Shown here piece by piece: positions 29,357 through 40,460 of a stretch of DNA of 64,000 nucleotides (position 1 is the first letter of the stretch; every line of letters begins with the position of its first letter). The notes under the pieces are model-generated. The model saw only the letters and a program-made list of their open reading frames with translations. It ran no database searches and was not told the DNA's origin. The DNA comes from Candidatus Latescibacterota bacterium. Lineage in GTDB: Bacteria; Latescibacterota; UBA2968. Where the stretch lies: assembly GCA_965204375.1 (NCBI GenBank), contig OZ241986.1:1696001-1760000 (forward strand). Reading direction: 5' to 3'. The translations under genes were made by a program, and so were the position numbers.

Positions 29357-29698
29357 CTATGTGTTGAGACTATTGAGCAATTGCTCAATTCTCGCTCCCT
29401 GTGTGATGGAATCATCCCAGGCGAAAACCAACTCGGGCACATGTCGCAATTGAACGCGCTGAGCGAGCGCACGGCGCAAGAAAGATATTGCTCCCATCAG
29501 GCGCTCGAGCACCTCTGTTTGCTCTGCGGAGCCACTCATCACACTGATGTAAACCCTGGCTGTGCGCAGGTCACGAGTCATGGTGACAGCCGTAATCGTG
29601 ATTTCGGACAGACCGGGGTCACGGGTTTCCGTGTGCAAAATTTCACTCAGGGCAACCTGAATGGCTTTTCCCACACTTTCTGGCCGATAAGATGGCAT
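29357..29698 (-). CDS. rbfA: Ribosome-binding factor A
   Basis: RDP...ITITAV.MTRDLRTARVY...LRHVPEL.F..D.S; position between infB and truB. Confidence 0.94.
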   Translation of the reverse strand: MPSYRPESVGKAIQVALSEILHTETRDPGLSEITITAVTMTRDLRTARVYISVMSGSAEQTEVLERLMGAISFLRRALAQRVQLRHVPELVFAWDDSITQGARIEQLLNSLNT

Positions 29699-29699
29699 A

Positions 29700-29981
29700 T
29701 CAGAGCAACTCCAACGAATAATCTACCACAATAAGGCGATCTTCTCGCTCGATGAAATCGACCACCTTTGACAATATCTGATTGGCATACCGCGAGTCGT
29801 TGGCAACTGTTGCAACACCTAATTGTGCTCTTTGCCAGCGGTCATTATCACCCAGTTCAGAAACAGATACATTGAATTTGTTGCGTGTGCGCGTCGTGAT
29901 GCTCTTGAGCACGCTGCGTTTCTGTTTCAGCGAGGCGCATTCGGGCAAATACAGATCGAGATGACAAAAACCAATGGTCAT
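29700..29981 (-). CDS. DUF503 (YlxP-like) protein
   Basis: SLKQKRSVLKS...KFNVSVSE...DRWQRA.LG; canonical position after infB. Confidence 0.88.
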   Translation of the reverse strand: MTIGFCHLDLYLPECASLKQKRSVLKSITTRTRNKFNVSVSELGDNDRWQRAQLGVATVANDSRYANQILSKVVDFIEREDRLIVVDYSLELL

Positions 29982-32422
29982 TAGATCGAGCGGGTCGTTT
30001 CAATGAGTTCGTAAGTTTCAATAACATCGCCGACTTTGACATCGTTAAAATTTTCGATACCAATGCCGCATTCAAAACCGTTTTGCACTTCGCGAACATC
30101 ATCCTTAAAACGCCGCAAAGATCCAATACGGCCTTCGTAAACAATGACGCCATCGCGCAAAACGCGCGCATTGGTCGTGCGGTGGATGAGTCCCTGAGAA
30201 ACAAGACATCCGGCAATCGTGCCAACACTTGCCACCTGGAATAGCTCGCGCACTTGCGCTTCGCCCTGTACATTTTCTTCAATTTTGGGTGCCAACAATC
30301 CAGAAAGGGCAGCGCGAATGTCTTCGACGACTTCGTAAATTACGCGATACAAACGAATATCAACGCGTTCTTGTGCCGCAACCTCTCTTGCATTTGCATC
30401 GGGACGCACGTTAAAACCGATGATAATGGCATCAGAGGCTGATGCGAGCAAAATGTCAGATTCGGAGATAGCACCTACAGCGCGGTGAATCACCGATAAA
30501 TGCACTTCTTCGTGTTCAATTTGCAATAGTGCGTCTTGCAGGGCCTCGACAGACCCATCGACATCGCCTTTAATAATCAGACGCAACTCCTCCATATTGC
30601 CCGTCTCAATCTGGTTGTGAATGTCGGACAATGATACCCGACGTACCCGATGATACTCTTGTTCGCGCCTGAGTTGCTGCCGTTTCTGGCTGATATCGCG
30701 GGCTTCGCGCTCATTTTCAACCACATGAAAAGTATCCCCTGCCTGGGGCAACCCAGCCAGACCGAGAACCTGAACCGGACGAGAAGGTCCTGCTGTTGTC
30801 ACGGATATACCACGCTCATCGAGCATTGCGCGGACGCGCCCACTAAACATGCCTGTAATAAACGGATCACCAACTTGTAGCCTGCCTTCTTGCACGAGCA
30901 CTGTTGCCACATTTCCTCGTCCTCGGTCGAGTTTTGACTCTACGATAGTGCCTTTGGCGCGCTTATCGGGATTGGCAACAAGTTCGAGCATTTCTGTTTC
31001 AAGAGCCAGTAACTCGAGCAAAGCATCGATATTTTGTCCCGTTTTGGCGGAAATTTCGCAGACTTGAACATTACCGCCATAATCCTCTACGACGACATTG
31101 TGCTCGGTCAACTCCCGTTTGATTTTGTCGGGATCGGAAGTTGGCAAGTCGATTTTGTTAATTGCCACGACGAGGGGCACGTTGGCCGCTTTGGCATGAT
31201 CAATGGCTTCTACTGTTTGTGGCATCACACTATCATCTGCCGCTACGACCAGAACCACGACATCGGTTACGCTGGCACCTCTGGCACGCATTGCCGTAAA
31301 AGCTTCGTGCCCAGGCGTATCGAGAAAACAGATTTCACGATCAGCACCGAGTTCAACGTGATACGCACCAATATGCTGCGTAATGCCGCCAGCTTCACCT
31401 TCCATCACATTGGTCTCTCGGATATAATCCAAAAGAGATGTTTTTCCGTGATCCACATGCCCCATAATTGTAACCACTGGGGGCCTTGGTTTTTGACTAT
31501 CTCCAGGCGCTTCTACCTCTGCTGCCAATACCTCTTCGCCGTATTCTTCGAGTTCTTCAACGCCGAAACCAAATTCATCGGCAACAAGCGTGATGGTGTC
31601 CATATCAAGGCGCTGGTTGATGGTCACCACCATGCCCAATTTGAGACATTGTGTGATGACTTCTGTAGGACGCACATCCATCTGAGAAGCGAGTTCGCCA
31701 ATGGTTGTAAACTCATTGACTTTGAGAACTTGGCCGCCTGTGGTTTCGTCTTCAGGCGTTTCACTGTCTTGACGACGGCGACGGCGCACCCGTGATGGTG
31801 CCGCACCACTCGACATTTGCGCCAGTGTTCGACGCACATTTTCTGATACTTCACGCTCATCAACGACAGGACGTTTGCGTCTGCGACGGCGTTTTCGCGG
31901 AGGTCGCGTGCGACTTCTCTTTTCCTGTACAGGTTTTGCTTTGGGCTTGGTCTCTTCTTTTACTACGGGTTTTTCTTGTTCGGTTTTTGGCACTTTTGTT
32001 TTGGGTTCCTGCTGCACTGGCGTCTGACTGACATCTTCTACGACAACAGTCGGATAATCAGTTCGGCGTCTTCTGCGACGAGGACGCTGCCTGCTTTCGC
32101 TACCGGTCTCGGTTTTTTTATCCGACTGAACCGAACGGGTCCGGCTCACGCGAGGTTTTTGCTCGCGAATCTCGCGTTCTTTTTTCTCATCATCTTTGCG
32201 TCTGAGTTTTCGTCGCGTCGCCTGACGTTCTGAATCAAACTTCTTTTGTACCGCCTCGACCATTTCAGTCGTACAGATCGCCATGTGATTTTTGACTTCA
32301 AAACCAAGGCTTCTAATCTGCTCAACCATGGCAACGCTCGACAAATTGAACTCGCGCGCAATCTCGTAAACTCGTTTTTTCTTAACTGTTGTTTTGCCTG
32401 TTGTCTTCGTCAATAGGCTCAC
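29981..32422 (-). CDS. infB: Translation initiation factor IF-2
   Basis: [48 protein letters not shown]. Confidence 0.98.
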   Translation of the reverse strand: MSLLTKTTGKTTVKKKRVYEIAREFNLSSVAMVEQIRSLGFEVKNHMAICTTEMVEAVQKKFDSERQATRRKLRRKDDEKKEREIREQKPRVSRTRSVQSDKKTETGSESRQRPRRRRRRTDYPTVVVEDVSQTPVQQEPKTKVPKTEQEKPVVKEETKPKAKPVQEKRSRTRPPRKRRRRRKRPVVDEREVSENVRRTLAQMSSGAAPSRVRRRRRQDSETPEDETTGGQVLKVNEFTTIGELASQMDVRPTEVITQCLKLGMVVTINQRLDMDTITLVADEFGFGVEELEEYGEEVLAAEVEAPGDSQKPRPPVVTIMGHVDHGKTSLLDYIRETNVMEGEAGGITQHIGAYHVELGADREICFLDTPGHEAFTAMRARGASVTDVVVLVVAADDSVMPQTVEAIDHAKAANVPLVVAINKIDLPTSDPDKIKRELTEHNVVVEDYGGNVQVCEISAKTGQNIDALLELLALETEMLELVANPDKRAKGTIVESKLDRGRGNVATVLVQEGRLQVGDPFITGMFSGRVRAMLDERGISVTTAGPSRPVQVLGLAGLPQAGDTFHVVENEREARDISQKRQQLRREQEYHRVRRVSLSDIHNQIETGNMEELRLIIKGDVDGSVEALQDALLQIEHEEVHLSVIHRAVGAISESDILLASASDAIIIGFNVRPDANAREVAAQERVDIRLYRVIYEVVEDIRAALSGLLAPKIEENVQGEAQVRELFQVASVGTIAGCLVSQGLIHRTTNARVLRDGVIVYEGRIGSLRRFKDDVREVQNGFECGIGIENFNDVKVGDVIETYELIETTRSI

Positions 32423-32428
32423 CTCCGA

Positions 32429-33763
32429 TCATGCGTCATTTTCAGATGTGTCTTCAGTGGATTTTGCTGCCTCTGCTTGTAAAAGCGCTTGTTCTTCGCG
32501 GTAAGCAGATACTTTTGCATTGACCATTCCCTGCGCGGTCTCTCGCAATTTTTCAGCCGTCGTTTCGCCGATGCCAGGCACATTGAGCAACGTATTTAAG
32601 GATACGCGGACGAGGTCATTGGCAGACATAATACCCGCGGCCTCAAGGCGGTCGCGCGTCACTTGGCCAGTGCCGGCTACTTCGGCCAATGGCACTGTTG
32701 TAGCCTGGCGTTCGGCTTGTATTTCGTCATAGCGAGTTTCCGTCATGATATCGACATGCCAACCAGTCAACTGCGATGCCAAACGCGCATTCTGACCCTC
32801 TTTACCAATAGCCAGTGAAAGCTGATCATCATCGACTATAGCCGACATGCGTTTTTCACGCCGGTCAATCACCACGCGGCGAACTGTGGCAGGATTCAAA
32901 GCACGCGACAAAAAGATCGCTTCATCGTCACTCCAGGGCACAATATCTATGCGTTCGCTGCTCAATTCACGCACCACAGCCTGTACGCGCGAGCCTTTCA
33001 TACCCACGCAAGCCCCCACGGGATCAATACGCGCATCATTGGAGTAAACAGCTATTTTGGCCCGTACACCCGGTTCGCGAGAAACGGCTTTTATTTCAAT
33101 AACACCTTCATAAATTTCAGGAACTTCAAGTTGGAAGAGCCTTTCGAGAAATGCGGGATGTGTACGGCTCAATACCACCTGGGGACCTTTGGCTGTACGC
33201 AAAACATCGTGCAAGTAGGCGCGAATCGGATCCCCCTGCCGATAGCGTTCTTTTCTGATTTGCTCTTTAAGCGGAATAACAGCTTCTGTCCGCCCCAGGT
33301 TGACGAGAATATCCCCCCGACTGATCTGCTGCACGGTTCCCGAAATAATTTCTCCAATGCGCCCCTGATAATCTTCGTAGATTTTCTCGCGCTCGGCTTC
33401 TCTGACTCTTTGGACGAGTACCTGCCTTGTCGTTTGAATCGCATTGCGCCCAAAATCGGCAAAGTTGAGACGAAGTCTCATTTCCCCACCGACCTTTGCA
33501 CCGGTGTCTGCTTTGCGCGCTTGTGTCACGCCAATTTGGATTCCCGGATCTTCGACCGAATCATCGGCGACGATTTCTTTGACCGCCTCAACGATGATCT
33601 CTCCAGAGTTGTTGTCGAAGTTGACTTCGACATTATCCCCGGTTCCAAACCGCTTTTTTGCCGCAGAAATTAGCCCCATTTCAAGGGTTTCGACAACCAG
33701 ATCGCGGTTGACATTTTTTTCCTGGGCAATTTGCCTTAACGCTTCGAGAACTTCGTAATTCAA
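32429..33763 (-). CDS. nusA: Transcription termination/antitermination factor NusA
   Basis: LEVPEIYEG, DPVGACVGMKGSRV, LSLAIGKEGQNARLA, C-terminal HhH. Likely TTG start at 33763 after GAGGAGGAG. Confidence 0.96.
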   Translation of the reverse strand: MNYEVLEALRQIAQEKNVNRDLVVETLEMGLISAAKKRFGTGDNVEVNFDNNSGEIIVEAVKEIVADDSVEDPGIQIGVTQARKADTGAKVGGEMRLRLNFADFGRNAIQTTRQVLVQRVREAEREKIYEDYQGRIGEIISGTVQQISRGDILVNLGRTEAVIPLKEQIRKERYRQGDPIRAYLHDVLRTAKGPQVVLSRTHPAFLERLFQLEVPEIYEGVIEIKAVSREPGVRAKIAVYSNDARIDPVGACVGMKGSRVQAVVRELSSERIDIVPWSDDEAIFLSRALNPATVRRVVIDRREKRMSAIVDDDQLSLAIGKEGQNARLASQLTGWHVDIMTETRYDEIQAERQATTVPLAEVAGTGQVTRDRLEAAGIMSANDLVRVSLNTLLNVPGIGETTAEKLRETAQGMVNAKVSAYREEQALLQAEAAKSTEDTSENDA

Positions 33764-33784
33764 GTGAGGCTCCTCCTCGACCAA

Positions 33785-34237
33785 TTACAACTCAAAATGC
33801 ACAGTGGCTTTCTGAATTTTTGCGCGTTCAATAGTGGTTCGTTTACCATGTAACTCGACATCGAGGTGATCGGCTCTGACCTGCAAGAGCGTTCCAACCG
33901 AAACACCGAGGCCATCTACAACAAGCCGCAGAGCTTTGCCAACCACCCGTTCAAAATCGCGGTCCGTCTTTAAGGGGCGCGTCAAGCCCGGAGATGAAAC
34001 TTCGAGCAGGTATGTACCATCAATCGGATCTCGCGTATCCAATATATCTGCAATATCCCGACTGAGTGCAGCACATTCGCCAACTGTAATCCCATCGGGA
34101 CGATCGACGAAGATGCGTACGATTTTTCGTCTATGATCGCCAGAGACAGCCAACTCAACCAACTCGACATCCCGACGATTGAGAAACGGAAGAATCAGAT
34201 GGGCCAGGGTGTCTTCGATAAGCATTGAATAACTCAA
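33785..34237 (-). CDS. rimP: Ribosome maturation factor RimP
   Basis: YLLEVSSPGLTRPL motif; first gene of the nusA-infB operon. Confidence 0.95.
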   Translation of the reverse strand: MSYSMLIEDTLAHLILPFLNRRDVELVELAVSGDHRRKIVRIFVDRPDGITVGECAALSRDIADILDTRDPIDGTYLLEVSSPGLTRPLKTDRDFERVVGKALRLVVDGLGVSVGTLLQVRADHLDVELHGKRTTIERAKIQKATVHFEL

Positions 34238-34340
34238 AACTGCCGCTTTACCGCGCGTTGTGGAGTATCGCTAGATATGCTGCACATGTAGCTGTTGCCT
34301 TACATCGGGGCTGATAGTTCTAACTATACCCCATATACCC

Positions 34341-34365
34341 AAAAGAGTGGGCAGAAGCCCACTCT
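34341..34365 (-). promoter_or_regulatory. rimP-leader-like hairpin/attenuator
   Basis: AGAGTGGGC-TTCT-GCCCACTCT-TTT between the promoter and rimP, resembling the conserved rimP leader stem. Confidence 0.7.
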
Positions 34366-34379
34366 ATAATCAGAATTCA

Positions 34380-34408
34380 AATATAAGAAACTATATAGCA
34401 TAACGCAA
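34380..34408 (-). promoter_or_regulatory. Putative sigma70 promoter of the rimP-nusA-infB operon
   Basis: TTGCGT-17 bp-TATATT on the minus strand. Confidence 0.6.
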
Positions 34409-34411
34409 GTT

Positions 34412-34798
34412 TTATTTCCCGGCATCCGATGCCTCTCCCCCCTCTATAAGTTGCTTGAGTTCGAGCAACATGCGCCGTAATTCAACCAGTGGATTTTCAA
34501 CATTAGACGTCGCGTCTTCAATACGCTGATTTTCCCATAAACTGCGATCTATCTTCAGCCTTTCAACCGCCCCTTGAATCGTGTATTTCTGAGCGTAGAG
34601 CAAGTCCTTAATAGCCAAAATGACCTTGATATTTCGCTCTGTGTACGCGCGATTGCCCGACCGGCCACGTCTGGGATTTAGTTGAGAAAATTCTTTCTCC
34701 CAAAATCTTAGAACATGGGATTCTATGCCGGTGAGTTCCGAGACCTCGCGGATCGAATAATAGAGCTTTTTTATGCCACCTGGACGCATAGATATCAC
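34412..34798 (-). CDS. MerR-family transcriptional regulator
   Basis: KLYYSIREVSELTGIESHVLRFWEKEFSQLNP...GNRAY...YTIQGA. Confidence 0.9.
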   Translation of the reverse strand: MISMRPGGIKKLYYSIREVSELTGIESHVLRFWEKEFSQLNPRRGRSGNRAYTERNIKVILAIKDLLYAQKYTIQGAVERLKIDRSLWENQRIEDATSNVENPLVELRRMLLELKQLIEGGEASDAGK

Positions 34799-36099
34799 TT
34801 CTTTTTAAATAAGATGCGGATGGGGGTGCCGTAAAAATCAAATGCCTGCCTGAGCCTGCGCTCTAAAAACCGACGATAGTGTGTGGGAACATCCTTGGGC
34901 CGCCTGGTAAAAAAGAGAATGGTTGGCGGTGCACTGCGCGGCATAACACAAAAAGACATGCGAAAGACTCGTCCATTTTTTGTTGGCGGAGCCGTCGTTG
35001 CATTGAGATGCGTCAAAAAGTCGTTCAAATCGCCCGTTGAAATGCGAAGGCGACGTTTCAGCGCTACATCCAGAGCCAGATCAATAATACGCCACGCGCG
35101 TTGCCCCGTAAGTGCCGATAAAAAAACAATGGGATAGTTTTCGAGATGTACAAAGCGCGAGCGAATTTGCTGGGCTATTTTGTCGGCTGTATGGCCATCT
35201 TTTTCAATCAGATCCCATTTGTTGATGCCCACGATCAGCCCTTTGCCCAGTTCGACAGCGCGTTCTGAGATTTTGACATCCTGTACTGTACACCCTTCTA
35301 CAGCATCGACCAGCACAATCGCCACATCGCATCGCTCAAGGCTTTCCACGGTACGCAGCGAACTGTAAAAATCGACTTGCTCTTTAATGCGTGTCCGCCG
35401 TCTCAAACCTGCCGTGTCAACCAGTATAAATGGCTGTCCATTGCGCTCCATCGAAAGATCAATCGCGTCGCGCGTCGTACCTGGAATCTCGCTTACCACC
35501 ACCCGTTCCCGCCCCAGCAGGCGGTTCACAAAGGTAGATTTGCCCATATTTGGGCGGCCCAATACCGCAATTCGAGGGGGAAATTCATCTTCTGAATCGC
35601 CATCTTCTTCAGGAAGACCTGTAAGGATTTCATCCAGCAAGTCGCCCGATTGCCGACCATTGATAGCAGAAACGCATAGTGGATCGCCCAAGGCAAGACC
35701 GTAAAAGGCCGTGCCATCGGCCTCGTTCTCATCTCTATCGACTTTGTTGACAATCAACCGATAGGATGCACCCGAATCGCGGATCTTGCGCGCCATAATT
35801 GCGTCGTAATCTGTAGGTCCAGTCTGTGCATCAACCACAAAGAGCAACAGGTCCGCTTCCCCCAAAGCAAGCTCGACCTGTCGAGAAACCAGACCGGCGA
35901 TTATTTCGTCAGAATTGGGTACATATCCACCCGTATCGACCAGCGTGAAGGTTCTGCCATTCCAGGTACACTGTGCATAGTTGCGATCGCGCGTGACACC
36001 GGGAAAGTCATCCACTACAGCTTTGCGCTCGCCAATCAGCCGATTAAAGAGCGTTGACTTGCCGACATTTGGCCGCCCCACAATCGCCACGACGCCCAT
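34795..36099 (-). CDS. der: Ribosome biogenesis GTPase Der (EngA)
   Basis: Two G domains (GRPNVGKS and GRPNMGKS), PGVTRD, DTAGLRR, C-terminal GTPIR. Confidence 0.97.
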   Translation of the reverse strand: MGVVAIVGRPNVGKSTLFNRLIGERKAVVDDFPGVTRDRNYAQCTWNGRTFTLVDTGGYVPNSDEIIAGLVSRQVELALGEADLLLFVVDAQTGPTDYDAIMARKIRDSGASYRLIVNKVDRDENEADGTAFYGLALGDPLCVSAINGRQSGDLLDEILTGLPEEDGDSEDEFPPRIAVLGRPNMGKSTFVNRLLGRERVVVSEIPGTTRDAIDLSMERNGQPFILVDTAGLRRRTRIKEQVDFYSSLRTVESLERCDVAIVLVDAVEGCTVQDVKISERAVELGKGLIVGINKWDLIEKDGHTADKIAQQIRSRFVHLENYPIVFLSALTGQRAWRIIDLALDVALKRRLRISTGDLNDFLTHLNATTAPPTKNGRVFRMSFCVMPRSAPPTILFFTRRPKDVPTHYRRFLERRLRQAFDFYGTPIRILFKKK

Positions 36100-36102
36100 T
36101 GC

Positions 36103-37527
36103 CTAATTCTCCATCTGATGTGACGAAATATACGGGTGCGCCACAATCTCGCTGCCTGCACCCACAAAAGCAGACACACCCCCGACGGCATTTTGAATGG
36201 TCTCCACCAGATCGTAAGTGCCCACAACAGCCCGACCCCCCACCTCTTGCTCCAGGTCTTTGAGCAAGAGATCGTCTAAAAATACCCCATTGTGATTCAG
36301 GCAGTTGGGAGGCAAAAGAACAGTCTCATCGTTTCTGATACGAGCATCTATGAGTGCGCGACCAATATCGTTGCCCGACAGCAATCCAGAAACCGTTATC
36401 CCTTCGCCAAGAAAGTGATTGACCACAGGTACAACACGGGCATCAATCCACGAAATACGGTTCAGGCGTTTGACCATTGCATCCAAAAAATGCGTGCCCA
36501 ACATACCCGTTACGAGTACAAAACGCTGCGGCGGCAATGCCAAATTTTCGAGTTCCTCAATCCGATTCTCAAATCCGTCGATAAAACGACGAACCATGCC
36601 GATTCCGTTTTCGACAAGCGGAAACCCGTCGTATTCAGATCGTAGCGGCACAGATTGGCCCGTCATCAAATACATTTCATCGCCCAAATACACAAAGCGC
36701 GTGCCCAGGCGTTTCTCTAACATCCCCTGCCACGCTGTTATTTCGCGAATTGCCAGGACAGCGTCGGCACGCGTCACGGGGTTCAATCTGGGAAGATTTT
36801 TGCGAAATTTGGTCAATCCCAGCGGCACAACGCCCAGGGATTCAATGCGCGGATGACGCGCTGCAAGATCAAAAACCGTCTGTTTGAGTGCCTGACCATC
36901 ATTGATACCCGGGCACAAGACCACTTGCGCGTGCATCTGGATCCCATGTTTGGCTAAGATATCAATCCGATCCAAAACAGGTGTTGCCCGCCTGCGACCG
37001 AGCAACTCTGCTCGCAATTTGGGATCCGTGGCGTGAACCGAGATGTACATTGGACTCAATTTCTGGTCAATAATGCGCTGAAATTCATCCTCAGACAGAT
37101 TTGTCAGTGTGACATAAGCCCCGTGTAGAAAAGATAAGCGATAGTCGTCATCCTGGTAATACAGGGTCTTGCGCAGACCTTTGGGCATCTGATGCAAAAA
37201 GCAAAAAACACACTTGTTATCACATTTGAGAATGGGCATATCTTCAAAATCCACGCCCAAATCGTCTTCAATATCTTTTTCTATTTCAAATAAAAATCGA
37301 TCTTCGCCTCGCCGCACTAAGGCCGACACATCTTCTTCGCCCATGTAAAAACGGTAATCAATGGGATCGCGCACAGGGTGTCCATTGATGGTTTCTACGA
37401 CATCGCCGCGCTGCAACCCAATTGCATCTCCAATCCCATCGGGATGTACCAAACGAATTTGCAAACCGGTATCAACGCGTTCAACACTGCGCCGCCCCTC
37501 GACCTGTGCCCCTCTTATAACATCCAT
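36103..37527 (-). CDS. DUF512 family Fe-S (radical-SAM-like) protein with an N-terminal PDZ domain
   Basis: CDNKCVFC, DDDYRLSFLHG.YVTLTN, SPMYISVHATDP, ENGIGMVR; located directly upstream of der. Confidence 0.88.
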   Translation of the reverse strand: MDVIRGAQVEGRRSVERVDTGLQIRLVHPDGIGDAIGLQRGDVVETINGHPVRDPIDYRFYMGEEDVSALVRRGEDRFLFEIEKDIEDDLGVDFEDMPILKCDNKCVFCFLHQMPKGLRKTLYYQDDDYRLSFLHGAYVTLTNLSEDEFQRIIDQKLSPMYISVHATDPKLRAELLGRRRATPVLDRIDILAKHGIQMHAQVVLCPGINDGQALKQTVFDLAARHPRIESLGVVPLGLTKFRKNLPRLNPVTRADAVLAIREITAWQGMLEKRLGTRFVYLGDEMYLMTGQSVPLRSEYDGFPLVENGIGMVRRFIDGFENRIEELENLALPPQRFVLVTGMLGTHFLDAMVKRLNRISWIDARVVPVVNHFLGEGITVSGLLSGNDIGRALIDARIRNDETVLLPPNCLNHNGVFLDDLLLKDLEQEVGGRAVVGTYDLVETIQNAVGGVSAFVGAGSEIVAHPYISSHQMEN

Positions 37528-37742
37528 TTCGATTCCAGTAATTGATTGTTAGACAATGCAATATTTCAATAACTTATAAGTATTCCTAAACCATAAAAAC
37601 TTACGATAAAGCCAAAATAAGGTCAAGGAAAAAGCCGACTTCCCGCGATATTAATATCTGACAAGTTCAGAATATCTCTTTATCTTGGATACTGTCAAAA
37701 TACGAAAAAATATTCTCCAGTCAACATGGGAGGACACACCTT

Positions 37743-38435
37743 ATGCCCGCTCCCCCACGCATCTCGGTTATTATTCCGGTTTTTAACGAGCAAGATGCTA
37801 TAGAAAAAGTAATTGGTGACATTCCCAGTCATTTATCCACCGAAATCATCGTCGTCGATAATGGGTCAACCGACCAAACTGCAAAATTAGCCGCCGCAAT
37901 GGGCGCACGCATTGTTCGAGAAAATCGCCGTGGATACGGTTCTGCCTGCCTCGCTGGCATAGCAGCAACCAATAATCCGGACATCGTCGTCTTTCTCGAT
38001 GGCGACTACAGCGATCACCCCAACGAAATGCCAGACCTGATTGCGCCTATCCTGGAAAACCGTGCTGATCTCGTGATTGGCTCGCGCGTTTTAGGCAACA
38101 GTGAACCCGGTGCGCTGATGATTCAGGCGCGTTTTGGCAACCGTTTGGCCACCAGCCTCATCAAAATCCTCTTTGGTGTATCCTATACAGACCTGGGACC
38201 ATTTCGGGCGATTCGCTATCGGGCACTCAGGGACTTAAATATGCGGGATAAAACTTTTGGATGGACAGTAGAGATGCAGGTCAAAGCAGCAAAACAGGCG
38301 ATAAAAATACAAGAAGTGCCAGTAAGCTATAGAAAACGCATCGGCGTTTCCAAAATTACTGGCACACTAAAAGGCACCCTTAAGGCAGGGTGGAAAATTT
38401 TATTTACAATTTTTAAGTATTGGTTTAAGAGGTGA
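37743..38435 (+). CDS. Glycosyltransferase family 2
   Basis: ISVIIPVFNE, VVDNGSTD, RGYGSAC, FLDGDYSD, TDLGPFRAI. Confidence 0.92.
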   Translation: MPAPPRISVIIPVFNEQDAIEKVIGDIPSHLSTEIIVVDNGSTDQTAKLAAAMGARIVRENRRGYGSACLAGIAATNNPDIVVFLDGDYSDHPNEMPDLIAPILENRADLVIGSRVLGNSEPGALMIQARFGNRLATSLIKILFGVSYTDLGPFRAIRYRALRDLNMRDKTFGWTVEMQVKAAKQAIKIQEVPVSYRKRIGVSKITGTLKGTLKAGWKILFTIFKYWFKR

Positions 38436-38454
38436 GATATGAGAGGGGTCCCTC

Positions 38455-38751
38455 TCATTTTTTTGTGCTATCTATATGCTGCTCCAAACGCCTGAGAGCT
38501 TCATCTATGCGCCTGCGGTCTTCTCGGCGCAGAGTGCGTTGACGCACAATTTGATTGGCAATATCAAATGCAGCCATCAGTGCAATCCGAGCGGTATCAC
38601 CGGTATTTTCGACAGCGGCAATCAGGTTCATTTTTTGATCGACAAAATTTGAAATTTTAAAGGTATATTCCTCCGACTCCTCACTGCTGAGTACATATTC
38701 AGAGCCAAAGATCCTCACCTTGGTCTTATGTAAATCATCAGAATGGGACAT
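38455..38751 (-). CDS. zapA: Cell division protein ZapA
   Basis: KVRIFGSEYVL...FVDQKM...RIALMAAFDIA followed by a coiled coil. Confidence 0.8.
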   Translation of the reverse strand: MSHSDDLHKTKVRIFGSEYVLSSEESEEYTFKISNFVDQKMNLIAAVENTGDTARIALMAAFDIANQIVRQRTLRREDRRRIDEALRRLEQHIDSTKK

Positions 38752-38809
38752 AATATAATCAGCTTTCAGCAGTCAGCAAAACAAGCGGTTAGCTGATTGC
38801 TCATAATTA

Positions 38810-39076
38810 TCACGGCTTTGCCACAAGGTCCATGCGAACCACACCATCGGTAGCAGGCACCTCCAATTCCACGACCCACCCTTTGACGACCTCACCTCTT
38901 ACAACAATTTCTTTGGCTTCTTTTGATAGGATTTTGGCATCTTCTGATACACGCGCCAGCGCGTGACACTTGTCATCATCCACACAGAAATAACGCTGAA
39001 TCCGCGCTTCGGGCATTCCCCCAAGCCTGGGATATTCGGCTTCGTGTTTTTCGTTGTTCATGACAAAACCCGTCAA
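38810..39076 (-). CDS. Hypothetical protein
   Basis: 88-aa ORF filling the gap between nadD and zapA on the same strand. Start uncertain (39076 or 39061). Confidence 0.55.
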   Translation of the reverse strand: MTGFVMNNEKHEAEYPRLGGMPEARIQRYFCVDDDKCHALARVSEDAKILSKEAKEIVVRGEVVKGWVVELEVPATDGVVRMDLVAKP

Positions 39077-39097
39077 AAGTTGTGATTCCCTATTTCT

Positions 39098-39685
39098 CTA
39101 CTCCTGAAGATATAACCCGTGGGTTCTAATATAATCTGCAACAGCATCGGGAACATAAAAAGAAATCGGTCTTCCGGTGCGTACGCGTTCTCTAATCGTT
39201 GTTGACGATATATCCAGCTGAGGTGTTTCAACAAACTGCATCCTGGATTTGAAAGCGGGATCAACGCGCTCTCGCTCAAAACCCGGGCGTTCAGCCACGA
39301 GTACGTGCGCCATATCCAACACGCCTTCGGGATCAAACCAGTCGCCCATTTCAACGGCATTATCGGCACCAATAATCAAGAATATCTCTGTGTCTTCGTC
39401 CATATTCCTGCGCAAATGACGCAAGGTATCAATCGTATAAGATTTCCCTGAGCGCGACAACTCGAACCGACTCAGTACAAATCCCGGATAATCGCGCACG
39501 GCCAGACTGACCATCATGGCGCGATCTTCAGCCGAAGTCATAGTGTATTTGAGCGGCGGATCGCCCGAAGGCATAAACACAACCCGATCGAGCGCGCATT
39601 GGAGCATAATTTCCTGCCCGATAATTAAATGCCCGATGTGAATGGGATCAAATGTCCCTCCGAAAATGCCAACGCGCTTTGTCAT
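39098..39685 (-). CDS. nadD: Nicotinate-nucleotide adenylyltransferase
   Basis: GIFGGTFDPIHIGHL, SYTIDTL, IIGAD, ISSTTIR. Confidence 0.96.
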   Translation of the reverse strand: MTKRVGIFGGTFDPIHIGHLIIGQEIMLQCALDRVVFMPSGDPPLKYTMTSAEDRAMMVSLAVRDYPGFVLSRFELSRSGKSYTIDTLRHLRRNMDEDTEIFLIIGADNAVEMGDWFDPEGVLDMAHVLVAERPGFERERVDPAFKSRMQFVETPQLDISSTTIRERVRTGRPISFYVPDAVADYIRTHGLYLQE

Positions 39686-39686
39686 C

Positions 39687-40460
39687 CTAAGGTTTTTCAG
39701 CGCGCAATTTAGACTGCGCTTTTTTTACTTTTTCCATCTCTTCAATGACTTTTTCCTTCAACTTCTCGGGCAAATCCCGCCCTATCAACAATGTAAGCTC
39801 GTTGAGTGCCTCGTCGAGTGCCCCAGTCTTAAAATTGACCTGTGCAATGATAAAACGCGCCTCCAAAGCAGACTCTGTGTCGGGATATTCCTTCAACACG
39901 CCTTCAGCGTAGAGTTTGGCCGAGGAATAATATTTCCACAGGATATAATCGTATGCAATCATGACTTCCTTACGGGCCAGTTGATTGCGCAACGCGTTAA
40001 TTCTATTCTCTGCCTGAGAGACGAGATCGCTTTGTGGATAGTCTTCGATAAACCGCGCAAATTCTCGAATTGCCTTGTGCGTTTCATCCTGGTCGTGGTG
40101 AATATCGCGCGCATCCTGATAATAACACTCGCCAATCTGGAACCGGGCTTCGGCGGCATAAGGACTCACGGGATATTCGTTGAGCAGGCGTTCGTATTCA
40201 AAAATAGACGTCACATAATCTTTTTGACACTGAAAAGCTTTGCCCAACCCAAATTGCGCCTCATCTGATAAATGAGATCCTGGAAAATCCGATAGCATAT
40301 TTCTAAACAATAACTCGGCGTCGTAGCACTTCTTATTTTTCAGTGCATCTTGTGCGTCTTTGTAATAAACCTCTGGACTCAATCGCTTGTATTTTTTTTG
40401 TGCACACCCCACACTCAACGCGATCAAACACGCACAACAGATATGTAAAAATCGTCTCAT
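39687..40460 (-). CDS. bamD: Outer membrane protein assembly factor BamD
   Basis: Lipobox SVGC, TPRs, RDIHHDQDETHKAI.EF..FIEDYPQS, LARKE..IA..Y. Confidence 0.85.
   Translation of the reverse strand: MRRFLHICCACLIALSVGCAQKKYKRLSPEVYYKDAQDALKNKKCYDAELLFRNMLSDFPGSHLSDEAQFGLGKAFQCQKDYVTSIFEYERLLNEYPVSPYAAEARFQIGECYYQDARDIHHDQDETHKAIREFARFIEDYPQSDLVSQAENRINALRNQLARKEVMIAYDYILWKYYSSAKLYAEGVLKEYPDTESALEARFIIAQVNFKTGALDEALNELTLLIGRDLPEKLKEKVIEEMEKVKKAQSKLRAEKP

Noticed and set aside
36103-37527. DUF512-der linkage as a novelty
   Set aside because: This neighbourhood is already familiar from other bacteria.
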